Source: Octopus sinensis (lineage: Eukaryota). From it: DNA of 64,000 bases. The DNA lies in assembly GCF_006345805.1 (NCBI RefSeq), contig NC_042998.1, forward strand, positions 130,324,001 through 130,388,000, given 5' to 3'. The position numbers and the translations under genes are program-made. Numbering within the stretch: the first letter of the stretch is position 1; the number at the start of each line of letters is the position of its first letter. Below the pieces are notes generated by a model. The model was not told the origin of the DNA. It ran no database searches and saw nothing but the letters and a program-made list of their open reading frames with translations. This document shows positions 42,744 through 54,500 of the stretch, in pieces.

Positions 42744-43455
42744 TAAACGTGGATTTTCAACAGACAAGATATATTAATATTATGTTTTTCAAACACTTTG
42801 TCTGAGCTAGAGGATGAAAGAAATTCATTCTGTCGCTATTGCAGTAAGAATAATCTAAGTGAGAACTACAATTTTGGGGTGGCATGGAACACAGTGAGGG
42901 TCGTAGGATTATAATTCATTTCTGATTATTTTTTCTACCTTCTTATCATCAACAAAAGATATAAGGATAAAATACTACGTTTCTTGAGAATAAAGAATAT
43001 TGCGAATTGACAGGTCGTAGCTGGCTGCTGGTCATAAATAAATATTACTAGATATTCCCCTATTCCTTAATTTCTTACTTTTCCTTAATTTCTTAATGCC
43101 ATAGATATCCCTCACCACAAAAAGAAAGAAACCCTAATTTCTTACTGTCATAAGAACCTCTCGCTACAAAAAAAAAAAGAGAAATACACCTTAGAAAGAG
43201 TCAATTACATAGAAGTAAATGCCCACTAAATAGGTAGGGTAGGGGTGACATTAACTCTTGTCATCATATCCTGTTAAATGGGCATACACTTCAAAACTTA
43301 GGACGCTATACTGGGATCTTGGAAAACATTAAGGGCTCAAAAGGAAAAAGCTTATATTTCAGGTATAGTAAAAGCCCGTGTAATATTATGTTCTATAAAA
43401 ATAAAATTTAAATTAAAAAAATTAAAAGGAAATACACCCACACACACATACACAC

Positions 43456-43559
<104 letters not shown>

Positions 43560-44162
43560 CATATATATGTATATATACACACTCACACGCACACACACAT
43601 TGTTTAACACGAGTCTCATTTTGTTCCATGGAATTTCAAGCATGCATTTCAATGTGGCTTGTCAGATAAACCTAACACTTCAGGCTTGTAGGACAAAATA
43701 AGAAGGGGTCCGAGCTGACTACAGGATGTTTGATTGCCGTTGGTCAATACTACATCCATTTCCGTTGAGAATTTCTCGAGTCGCATGCTAAAGCAGGATG
43801 GTGATGGCAGCAGTGTATCTAGCAATATACAGTCGTTGTACCATGTACAGAAGCCAGGTGGTTCTTTTCAAATTTTCTTTGAACCGTTATATTTACACTT
43901 ACATCGCACGTCAAGAGATCATGACCAAGTGATTTTAACTGTGAATTAATTTTGGTGAATGACTCTTTGTGAACGCCAAAAATGTGGAGGCTCATTGAAT
44001 GGGCTGTATATCTAATGCAAGAACCGTTTTTGTCATGTTTTACAATTTTTTGGCGCGTCGATTAAGTATTTGTATACCGCTCATCTTCTTCCTATTTACT
44101 TTACAAACTGGAATCATATAAATAAACCTATATGCATAAACGTAGGAATATATATATATATA

Positions 44163-44432
44163 CAACTCTTTAACTCTTTAACTCTTTAAGTTATTTCTGC
44201 TCAAGAGCTGCAACCATTTTGTGGCACCGACTTAGCTTTGCTACACCTTCACTAGTTGAAGACCCCTCTGATATTTGGTGAATGAAAGATGCTGCCGCTG
44301 TCATCTCTATTTCATGCCGTGAGCTATGCTCATCCGCAATAGTTGACAGAAGATCCAGTTTTGTTTTGAAGACACGTACATCCACACCATACTGCAGCAT
44401 CCTGTTCTGCTGTTCGTGCCACTTCCAATGCC
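44163..44432 (-). mobile_element. CR1-group LINE 3' end with (AAAGAGTT)n tail
   Basis: GVDVRVFKTKLDLLSTIADE...AAAS..HQ resembles the CR1 ORF2 end (FK..LD..L..IPDEP); 8-mer tail repeats at 44163-44190. Confidence 0.65.
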
Positions 44433-44522
44433 AATATATATATATATACATACTCCCACACACACATGCACACGTATACACACGCACTCACACACATACA
44501 CACATACACACACATATGCATA

Positions 44523-44835
44523 CGAAGGTCGGCTGAAAAGTTAATAGATTGACAAAGATACTCTCAAGTAAAGTGAACAAAGGAGGTTTAGATTTCAACA
44601 TAGTCACTCTTGCAGTTCACACAATTAATCCATCGGTGTTGCGGTGCTTGGATCACGTTGCAGAAAAATCTTTCCTCCCGTCTGTGAAAAGGATCATCAA
44701 ACAACAGATATAGCGTCGTCATGATTGTTTTAGTGGTTCCTAGATAGCTGGGGGGGTTTTTTTCATGTAGGGGAACAGTTGATAGTCAGGTGGAGCCGAA
44801 TGAGGAGAATAGGGAGGAAGATCAATGAGTTTAAA
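44523..44835 (-). mobile_element. Mariner transposon 3' end relic
   Basis: TA then TIR-like cgaaggtcggctgaaaagtt; minus strand PPYSPHSAPPDYQLFP..K (YSPDLAP.D motif) and RWINCVNCKSDYVEI*. Confidence 0.75.
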
Positions 44836-45099
44836 ATCTAATGTAGCAACGTTGCCAGCATTAATATCGTTGCGGGCTAAACGCTTTTTCCGCGGGTACT
44901 TGATAACCCTACGATGCTAAGTTTTGTTGATTTCCAAGAGGAGTCGCTACTGTTTACGTTTGAACAGCCAGGTGTTAGATTATCTTAAACGATGCAATGA
45001 AGGTATTGATAGCGAGAGTTGAAACTGACGCACGCAAGATTTCATGAGTGTAGTATCACTCTTTCATACTCTGCCTATGGTGATTTTAGCTCACCCTCA

Positions 45100-45144
<45 letters not shown>

Positions 45145-45657
45145 ATGTGCGTGTGTGCGTGCGTGTGTGTGTGTGCGTGTGTGTGTGTGTTTGTGTGTAC
45201 ATGAGTGACTCAAGGGCTGTGAGTTTCTTGCCTATCAAACTAGTTACAGGTCAAGGAGATCTGGCTTTATATAGCTGGTCAATAATTATATTTCCTTGGA
45301 GCACTCTTGACTGAATTTTAAATACCATTGGAATGTCAGGTGGATAATTAATATTTTTCAAATAGTTTGCCAGTAATGTCGTTCAATAAGTAAATGCATA
45401 AACAAATTAATAAATAAAGGAAATTTTCTGTGCAGCGCGACACCAGTGCCTCTTTTTGTGGCGATATCACTGCAATCTCTAGCATCTGGATGTCTACCAT
45501 TGACAAAGCTAGGGAAGGCCGAAATCACGAGACCTGGCAGCATACTAGTGCCGGTGGCGTGTAATTTATCTCCCCGCTCCTAAAAAAAAATATCTCACGA
45601 TAACTATCGCAATATATTGTATACTAACATATCGTCCACTTTTAATTGAAGATAAAC

Positions 45658-45706
<49 letters not shown>

Positions 45707-45725
45707 ACAAGGATATCCAGAGGTT

Positions 45726-45813
45726 ATGTAGTACGATCGTTTCAAGCAACTTCATTTAATTGAATAATGCAATCATTGCATCAACTTAAATGCAGAGCGA
45801 TCCTCAGCTGCAT
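45726..45813 (-). ncRNA. Type I hammerhead motif (family B, left arm)
   Basis: Reverse complement ATGCAG-CTGAGGA-[long stem II]-GAAA-CGATCG-TA-CTACAT; palindromic stem III. Confidence 0.65.
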
Positions 45814-46666
45814 ATAGAATTCAATTAAATTAAAACAGATGGACACATTAGTATAATTTTACCTAAAATCTGCAAGAAGGTAAGGAGATAAACAAAGAAC
45901 ATACCGTCTTCACTTCAGCTTAGAAGTTACTAAGGTTTCGAAAGAAAGACCACTTGTATATTTTGCTAGTCACTGTTTTATGGGGTCAGTTTTGAGTTAT
46001 AGACTAGTTTATCAAATCTTTATATATCTAAGGCCAAAATAACAAGGTGCGGTGCCTGCTAGAAAGGGGGCTGTGGGAGTCGACAGAAATCACAGTGGGC
46101 ATAGTCATAAAAAGACTATCTAGATTTATTTGAAGCAATATAATGAGATTTGGTAAAGGAAATCTTAAATCAAGATGCTAGCTGACAATTAAAGGGATAA
46201 ATCAATAGTAGACCATTAATAATGAAACAGGGGAAATCTTATCATGTGGTACTATAGTAAAATATTTTAAATAATATTTTCATATTGTATAAAGTTAAAG
46301 TTTAGGATTATTCAGAAGGTTATTAAGAAGAATATTGTTACAAAATGATAAAAAGTTTTTGGAATAATTTTGAGTATATACCAAATGTTTACCACAATAG
46401 ATAGAGGAAAAGAAATTATCTAGAAATAGTTTAATTTTTATACATATATACTTAAATACCAACTTATCAGATGGTATCTTTGCAGATTGATCAATTGGTA
46501 TTTACTGGTATTTAGCAAAGGAGTACTGAGGTAAAAAAGACATGCTAACCATATATTAATTAAAATATAATCTGAGTTTATTTTCAGTAGTGAATATACC
46601 AGTATTGTTTTATTGTTTTATACAAATGTGCCCTTCTGTTTTAACGTAATAGAATTCTATGTCTTT

Positions 46667-46754
46667 ATGCAGCTGAGGATTGCTCTGCATTTAAATTGAT
46701 GTAATGATTGCATTGTCCAATTAAATGGAGTTGCTTGAAACAATCGTATTGCAT
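46667..46754 (+). ncRNA. Type I hammerhead motif (family B, right arm)
   Basis: ATGCAG-CTGAGGA-[57 nt fold-back]-GAAA-CAATCG-TA-TTGCAT; predicted site GUA. Confidence 0.7.
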
Positions 46755-46869
46755 TAACTCTTGATAACCTTGTTGCTTATTTTGATTTTTATCATCTTAT
46801 TTTGAAATTGTATGGACAATACAGTACTAAATCTGTTGTCTCAACTTAATACCATATTTATCTGAATAT

Positions 46870-46914
<45 letters not shown>

Positions 46915-46957
46915 TATATATCATTATTATTATTATTTTTATTATTATTATTATTAC

Positions 46958-46985
<28 letters not shown>

Positions 46986-46988
<3 letters not shown>

Positions 46989-49769
46989 TAGCTTTATTTT
47001 TATAGCGTGCTTTCACTTCACTACCGAGCGCAGCTCTGTCTGCCTTGGGTATGTGCTGTGATTTGTTGTGATGCTCTGATGGTTATTGTATGGAAAGTGT
47101 TCTGCGTAGGATGTGTGCAGTGCCTAGTAGTGCAATTTTCTGTATGTTATATGTGTTTGTAAGTGTTGGTGTTTTTGTTATGTATTGTCTGATATTTTTT
47201 TTATCATGCCTAATGCACCTACTATGATAGGAATTGTTTCTGTTTTCAGATTCCACATTCTAGTTACCTCTATTTCCAGGTCTTTGTATTTTGAGAGTTT
47301 CTCCATTTCTTTTAGAGACACGTTGTCATCTGCCGGTATTGATACATCAATTAGAAAGCATTTTTTTTCTTCATGATCTCCGACAACTATATCTGGTCTG
47401 TTGGCCTTAATTTCTCTATCTGTGTGTTTCGGCATATCCCAGAGTATGGTTGCTTTCTCGTTTTCTGTGACCTCTTCTGGTGTGTGCCTATACCATCTTT
47501 TTTCTGTTGTTATTCCATAATGTTGGCATAGCTTCCAATGTATGTAGGTTCCAACTCTGTCATGTCTGTGAATATATTCCTTCTTAGCCAGGACTGGGCA
47601 GCTAGAGATAATATGCTTTATTGTTTCTTGTCCATCTCCACATATTCTGCAGTTACTTGTAATATTTCTTTTCATTACATGTTTTTGGTAATTTCTGGTG
47701 GGGAGGCTTTGGTCTTGTGCTGCAATTAAAAATCCCTCTGTTTCTGCTTTGAGTCATGAGCTTCTCAACCATTGCTGGGATTTTTCTTTGTCTATTTCTT
47801 TTGCGTTTAGTTTAGTCCAGTATTTACCATGAAGGGGCTTTTCTTGCCATCGTTTTAACATGGTTCGTTGCTGTTCTATTTTTAGTTTGGATTTCATTTG
47901 TTTTATAGCTTTTGTTGTTTCTTCATCTTCTTCTTCTTCTTCTTCTTCTTGTTTATTAGGTGGTATGATTTCTTGTTTGTATTTGTCAGCTTCCTTAAAT
48001 ACTGAGAACAGTTTTTTGTTTTGCTCGTGTTTTGCCGCTATCTGGATCAGTTTTCCTTCCTTCTGAAGTAGATATTTTTGCAGTCCTATGGTGGTTATTT
48101 TATAGTAGTTTTCCAGCTGTATAAGGCCTCTACCACCTTCTATACGTTGTATATATAGTCTTTCTATGTCATATTTTAGGTGATGCATCCTAGATCCTGT
48201 CATTATTTTTCTTGTTTTCCTATCTATTTTGGACAGTTCATTTCGTGTCCAGTTAAGGATATTGTAGCTGTAACTTATAACTGGGACAGCTAAAGTGTTG
48301 ATACCTATTATCTTGTTTTTAGCATTGAGCTCTGTGTTTAGTATTGATCTAACTCGTCTATAATATTCTTTTTTTATTTTCTCTTTCATTTGTGTGTGTT
48401 GTGTCTTATCTAGTTCATGGATTCCTAAGTATTTGTAAGTTTGGCTTTGGTCTAATTCTTTTATTTCATTGGTTTTATCTAGTGTGATGTTGTTACTCTT
48501 AACTAGTTTTCCTCTTTTCATGGTTACTTTGGCGCATTTTTCTAATCCAAATTTCATATCTATTTCTTTGGTAAATCCATGAACTGTCTTTAATAGTGTT
48601 TCCAGCTATTTGTCATTTGCAGCGTATCGTTTTAGGTCATCCATATATAAAAGGTGGCTGATCGTTTTGCCGTAACATTTATATCTGCATCCAGTTCTAT
48701 TTAGTATATCAGATAGAGGTGACAGTGCCAAGCAGAAAAGGAGTGGAGAGAGCGTGTCTCCCTGGAATATTCCTCTTCTAATGGGGATGTCTTTGGTTTT
48801 CGTGAGTCCCTCTTTTGTTTGGAGGTGTAGGACTATTTGCCATTTATTCATAGAGTGCTCTATGAATTTTATGATTGTTGGTGCTACTTTGTTAAGGGCT
48901 AGTGTTTCGAGGATCCATGTGTGGGGGATGCTATCAAACGCCTTTTTGTAGTCAATCCAGGCCATACTGAGGCCTTTCTTCTTTCTGTGGCTGTCTTCAG
49001 TTATGGCTTTATTAATCATTAGTTGATCTTTACAGCCATATGAGCCTTTGCGGCATCCTTTCTGCTCTTCTGGGAACAGTTTGTTTTCGTCCAGGTGCTT
49101 GTTCAGCCTTTGCGATATCACTGCAGTAAATGCCTTGAACATAGTAGGGAGGCAGGTTATTGGTCTGTAGTTTTCTGGTTTTGCTGCTTCATTTGATTTG
49201 GGAATTAATATGGTTTTCCCCTTCGTGAGCCATTCAGGCATTGTCTCTGGCTCTGCTAGTACGTTGTTTAAAGCTTTCAGCCAGCTTTTTGTGCATTCCT
49301 GTTAGATATTTCAACCAGAAGTTGGGGATCTTGTCATGCCCAGGTGCCTTCCAGTTGCTTAGTCTTTGCAGTGCCTGGGTGACCTCTCCAGTTGTTATGG
49401 GGGTCCAAAGTTGTTCAGATGCCGAGTTTGTTATTTTGATACTCCTTTTTTTTTGGCTGTTCGTTCGCCGACCATATTTCTCTCCAGAATTCTTCCAATT
49501 CTTCTGCCGTTAGTGCTGCAGTGACTTCTATTTTATTTTTACCCAGTTCTTGGTAGAACTTTTTGGGGTTGGAGTTGAACTTTTTGTTTTGTTCAAAGAA
49601 GCGTTGGCGTTTCTCGTACCGGCGGATCCTTTGAGCTTTGGCAAGGATATCTTACTTCAGCTTTTCTTTTATCTCCGGCAAATCTTTTTCTGTGATGTTA
49701 TATTTGCGGAGTATTTTTGTTCTCTTTTTGTTGCTCAGTAGCGTTGATTGTTTGCTGATTTCATTAAGA
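46986..49769 (-). mobile_element. Dong/R4-clade LINE, 5'-truncated, inserted in (TAA)n
   Basis: RT motifs YRPITCL, QKGC, WIDYKKAFDS, GIFQGDTLSPLLF, HLLYMDDLK; CCHC finger CRIC..QETIKHIISSC; RHD; RPDIV endonuclease; few stops; (TAA)n on both sides. Confidence 0.95.
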
Positions 49770-49817
<48 letters not shown>

Positions 49818-49853
49818 ATTTTTAATTTTATTAATATATACACATATATATAT

Positions 49854-49929
<76 letters not shown>

Positions 49930-49932
<3 letters not shown>

Positions 49933-50108
49933 GTTGAAATTTATAGTAAAACAAAAGTCGAAGACATGTGTATAAACAACGGTTGTATTAGTTTAACGCT
50001 CGGGAAGGTCATTTATTTTTCGAACCTACGCTCTTCAACAGAAGGGAACACGATGAAATAAACAGGGAGAGAATAAGAAAAAAAATTGGACCTAGCGGTC
50101 AATCATGC
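49930..50108 (-). mobile_element. Solo pLTR fragment related to the 59180-61852 PLE
   Basis: Collinear with 59190-59400, including cga.cctacgctcttcaacagaa (hammerhead-like core CTGTTGA on the minus strand). Confidence 0.7.
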
Positions 50109-50929
50109 ATGTATATATGTTTGAGCAAATTTTACATGTATAGCGAGGTGTAAGTGTCTATCTATATAATGTGTTTGCGGCTAGTTTGGCATTACACATC
50201 TGTCTGATTCAAGTTGGTGCGTGTATTTATGTATGTAGGTGAATGTGTGAAGAATTGGATAGAAGAGTTCATAACATCAACATTCTTTTGCTACTCCTCT
50301 TTTCCCAACTGCTAAATGTCGCCATAAAAGTCATTAAACGGATGATTATAATTCTACGGTAAATGCATTGATCGATATCACTTCTCACCGATTTTATTTC
50401 GACTTTATTTTGATGTAGTTCTATACCTTTTATTATGATTAACAGTCTTATTTTTACTGGAGTTATAAAATGAAATTTTTAAGCGTTCAGTCTGTTTATA
50501 TATCGTAAACACACCCAAAAGCGCTCATCCTAAATTATTAATTGCGTCCCACAAATCATGACACCAGAAGACGTGTGTGGACTATAAGAATATTATTACA
50601 TATTTCAATATATTGTAGCATATATTACATAATATCGGATGGACTGCGTATGAGACATAAGATAAAAGATATCGAAGGTTTATGGAAATAGTTATAATTA
50701 CAATTGTCTCTACTTTCATTTAAACCACTACCATTATTATTCACTATGCGGGCTTTTAGGAAGCCTGCTGGATCTTACCTTAGAGTTGTGTACTTCTCCC
50801 TTAGTATCAATGGAAATCTTAAGTATTCACCTTTTAAGTTTGGAATACTGCTTGATGATGCGCTGATGGTTCGATAGCCTGAATTATGATTATCCCCTCG
50901 ATCTATATATGCTTGTATATGTATGCATG

Positions 50930-50930
50930 C

Positions 50931-50994
<64 letters not shown>

Positions 50995-51135
50995 GTCTAT
51001 CTATCTATATATCTATCTGTCTGTCTGTCTGTCTGCCTGCCTGTTTGTCTGTCTGTATATCTGTCTGTCTGTCTGTATGTATGTATGTATGTATGTATGT
51101 ATGTATGTATGTATGTATGTATGTATGTATGTATC
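50930..51135. repeat. Graded tetranucleotide microsatellite (TATC)-(TGTC)-(TATG)
   Basis: Directly visible. Confidence 0.95.
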
Positions 51136-51575
51136 TTCGTCGTCGTCGTCGCCTTTATCACGAATCCGAGAATTAGTTTCTTCTTTTGCTGAACGCTTCC
51201 ATTATGGTAACGCCGTTGATGACTCTGTAGATAAATTCTTGTATAGAAGAGTTGATGGCATTGACTGCATAGTAATGTTGGTGGAGGATGAGGCTGATTT
51301 TGTCGAGCCTTTCTCTCCTGTCATTTGATTTCTTCTATTTCTCTCTTGATGATGAAACACAGCCACTTCGTATGGTCTCGGGCTTCTGTCTCAAACGATT
51401 TAGTCTCAATTCTAATGGCTTTCAATATTGGTTTGAGTTGCTTCGTGTGCCTTCGAAGAAGGCAACTCCGTAGTCATTTCCCTGAAGTGAGCTCACAGAA
51501 TTACACTTGGCGTGGGAATGTTGACGCTTTCATTCATACTACATGTCCTGACCCCATCACACAATCATGTTGGAT
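51136..51575 (-). mobile_element. RTE (BovB-like) LINE 3' end with C2H2 finger
   Basis: GHVV*M...PRQV.FCELTSGK...QLK..LK...ETEARD.TKW...CSQCHQLFYTRIYLQSHQR; (GAC)n tail. Confidence 0.75.
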
Positions 51576-54500
51576 ACACACGTCTAAATTTTAAATATTA
51601 ATTCACTGTATGAATTAATTCACACCATATGTTAAGAAACATAATACACTTAACAAGGACGCAGAGACACGCTTTTCCTTTTGTTTTTCTTTCGTACACT
51701 TATTCCCAAACATGTCCTCTAAAAATCAATATGCAGAAAGCATCTATCACCTCCCCATTTTCGTTTGCACTTTAATTGTTTAAAGCTATTTTGTCAGCTC
51801 TGGCGTAGAGAACACATGGTTTTCCACTGATTATTGCATTTTCTGTAAACATCTTTCAATCCTTTTTCCTTTTGTTCTTTCTGTTCTCTTTCCAAGAAAG
51901 GTACGCTTTGAAATGTTAAATGAATTTGTAGTGTCAATGTTGCAAGCGATAAGTTATTATGCTTCTTTTTTCTTGTAGAATTTCTAGTCACTGTACTGAC
52001 ATTTTTATATATCTCAGCATACCTGGACATCTTCTTAATTCCCCAAAATTGAAATTCTCTTAGGTATCGCTCGGATTAGAGAGGATCATTACGCATACAT
52101 ACATACGTACGTATGTACGTACGTACCTACCTACCTACCTGCCTACCTACCTACCTACCTACATACACATATACATACATACATACATACACACATACAT
52201 ATATACATGTACATATATAAGTGTATCTACGTATCTTTGTATGCACATATATAAATACATATATATATATGTGTGCGTCTATGCATATATAGTATATATA
52301 TATATGTGTGTCTGTATATATATATATATGAAGAGAGAGAGAGAGAGGGAGAGAGAGAGATGGAAGGGAGAGATGAAGATATGGGTACAAATATATAAAT
52401 ATATGCATATACATTCACATGGTATTCATTAATTTTCTGTATACGCACGTATATGTTCCTCTGTGTATATTTGTGTTCATTTGCTGGGAGGTGTACACAT
52501 CAGTATACGCGCGTGTTCTGTAAATATATGTGAACCTATAATTTCATATATTATATTCATGCGGAGAAAGGGTTAGCGAATTGATTGAGAATGAGGGATT
52601 TCATGTGAGCATGAAAGAAATGGATAATATAGAGAGTACTATTAATTTGCAATTATTTCTAATCTCTGCCAATGCTAACACGCACATATACTACTGAAAT
52701 ATAATGAGCAGAAAAAATAAAAAAAAACCAAAACTATAAGAAAATAAATTATTCCACAAAGTAGCAAACTGAATAGAATCCATCAGAATGACAAAATAGT
52801 AATAAGTCCAGCAGCCACGTTGTCTGACAAATTCACATTCAAAGACAATGAGATGTGAGATATTCCTCGTTGCCTTCATGATAACAGAGGTCTCTTGAAA
52901 TGCGTTAACTTCAAAGACCTAGAATATTTGCTCTGATGCCCATGTACTTTTCATAATCAATCAATATTCCCCAGTATTTCTAGATCACCAACCAACCAAT
53001 CAGCATAGCCTAAGGTTGACCAACTTGCAAGTCAAAAAGACCTAATTTCTCCCCGATATAACTCATTTATCGCGCCGCTGTCATTCCAGCTATGCATTTG
53101 GTCTTATCTACTATCAGACATTCTCACTCCTTCCTTTCACTCTTTCTGTAATTTCTATTCTCAGCCTTCCTTTTCTCGAAATATCACCCTGTATTCTCTT
53201 TGAATAACTGATATCCTATTGCGAACTCTCTTTCTAAATAACTTTTACTCTCTTTTCTCCCCTTCTGATTTCCTTGTTTGGAGGACTTTTAATCACTAGA
53301 TTTGTTTCAATGTGTACTTGTGTGTGTGTGTGAGTATGCATGCGCGTATGTGTGTGTATGTATATGTGAGTGCCCGTTTGTGTTTAAGTGTGCATTTGCT
53401 TGCGCTTCTTTGTGCGTATGTATGTGTATGTATATTCATAATGAGATATTCAAGTAAATACATTGTACATAACGTATTCTTTCATTATGTTTAATGATTT
53501 ACACATTCTTTTTCACGTAGTATATGATGGACGAAACAGTAATCCAGAGGGTGGTTTTAAATCCGCATTAAGCCATCTTCCATCTTTCATTCTGTGATAG
53601 ATAGAACGATAAGGCTGAACCTTTTCTATTTTTCAACACCTCTAACATTTTGAATATTTGTCATCAAGTCTTATCCTTAAAGTTCCATAATATTCATTCA
53701 ACAATTATATTTCATTTTTCTTTCACAATGTGGACCTATGATACATACATACATACATACATACATGCATACATACATACATAAGCATATTCGTGAGTAT
53801 TAGTGAGTGAGTCTGTATTTGAGTGTTTGCATCTTTAACATTAAAAAATATATTTTTGCTCTGTATTCTATGTTACGAACCAAGAAGTGTTCCAAAATAA
53901 CGTTTTTGAAAGAAAATAAAAGATCACGACGACGTTATGTATGAAAATAAAAATATTTAAGCTCACACAGTGAACGACTTCTGTCCCTCCATCCACAAAT
54001 TAACTAAATATTAGAAACCAGCTATTAAAACCTTCAATTATTTTCTCTCCCTGCCTTTCCCATATTATTCTTGCTCTTATAACGGTTGTCATCCAGTTAT
54101 CTGAGTTTTGTCTTCTCATAAGGTATCTTACGCACTTAACCTTGCGTCTTATGCTGCTAAGAATATTATTATGGCTTCTATTAATTTAAGGACTTCGATA
54201 TTAGTCACTCTGCGTTTACCTACCTGTCTTCATTCCTGCAATTTCCATAAGTGTTTGTACTTGTTCGTTGATGTACAAGAGCACTCTCACTCGCTCATAT
54301 TGATACAGGTACACTCAACAATATATACCTAATGTCCCTTAAAGAAGCCTACTCATTTCTTCACGTTTGTTTCTTCCGTGTGTTTCCCGTTTATCGACTT
54401 GTTTCAAGGTTCTTCCATTTATTTCTGTGTTGGAAGTTGGTGGTAATTTGATTTGGATATTAAGAAAAAGATAATCTTTTATTTCTCATCAGCAATAAAA

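Larger units (their letters stand above)
45704..46865. mobile_element. Family B element: about 150-bp inverted arms, each with a hammerhead, around an AT-rich 750-bp core
   Basis: 45704-45855 is the reverse complement of 46615-46776; both ends abut (TA)n. Confidence 0.75.

Noticed and set aside
45860-46610. Possible PLE RT remnant (MGSVLS) in the family B core
   Set aside because: One short motif and no other collinear RT motifs recognised
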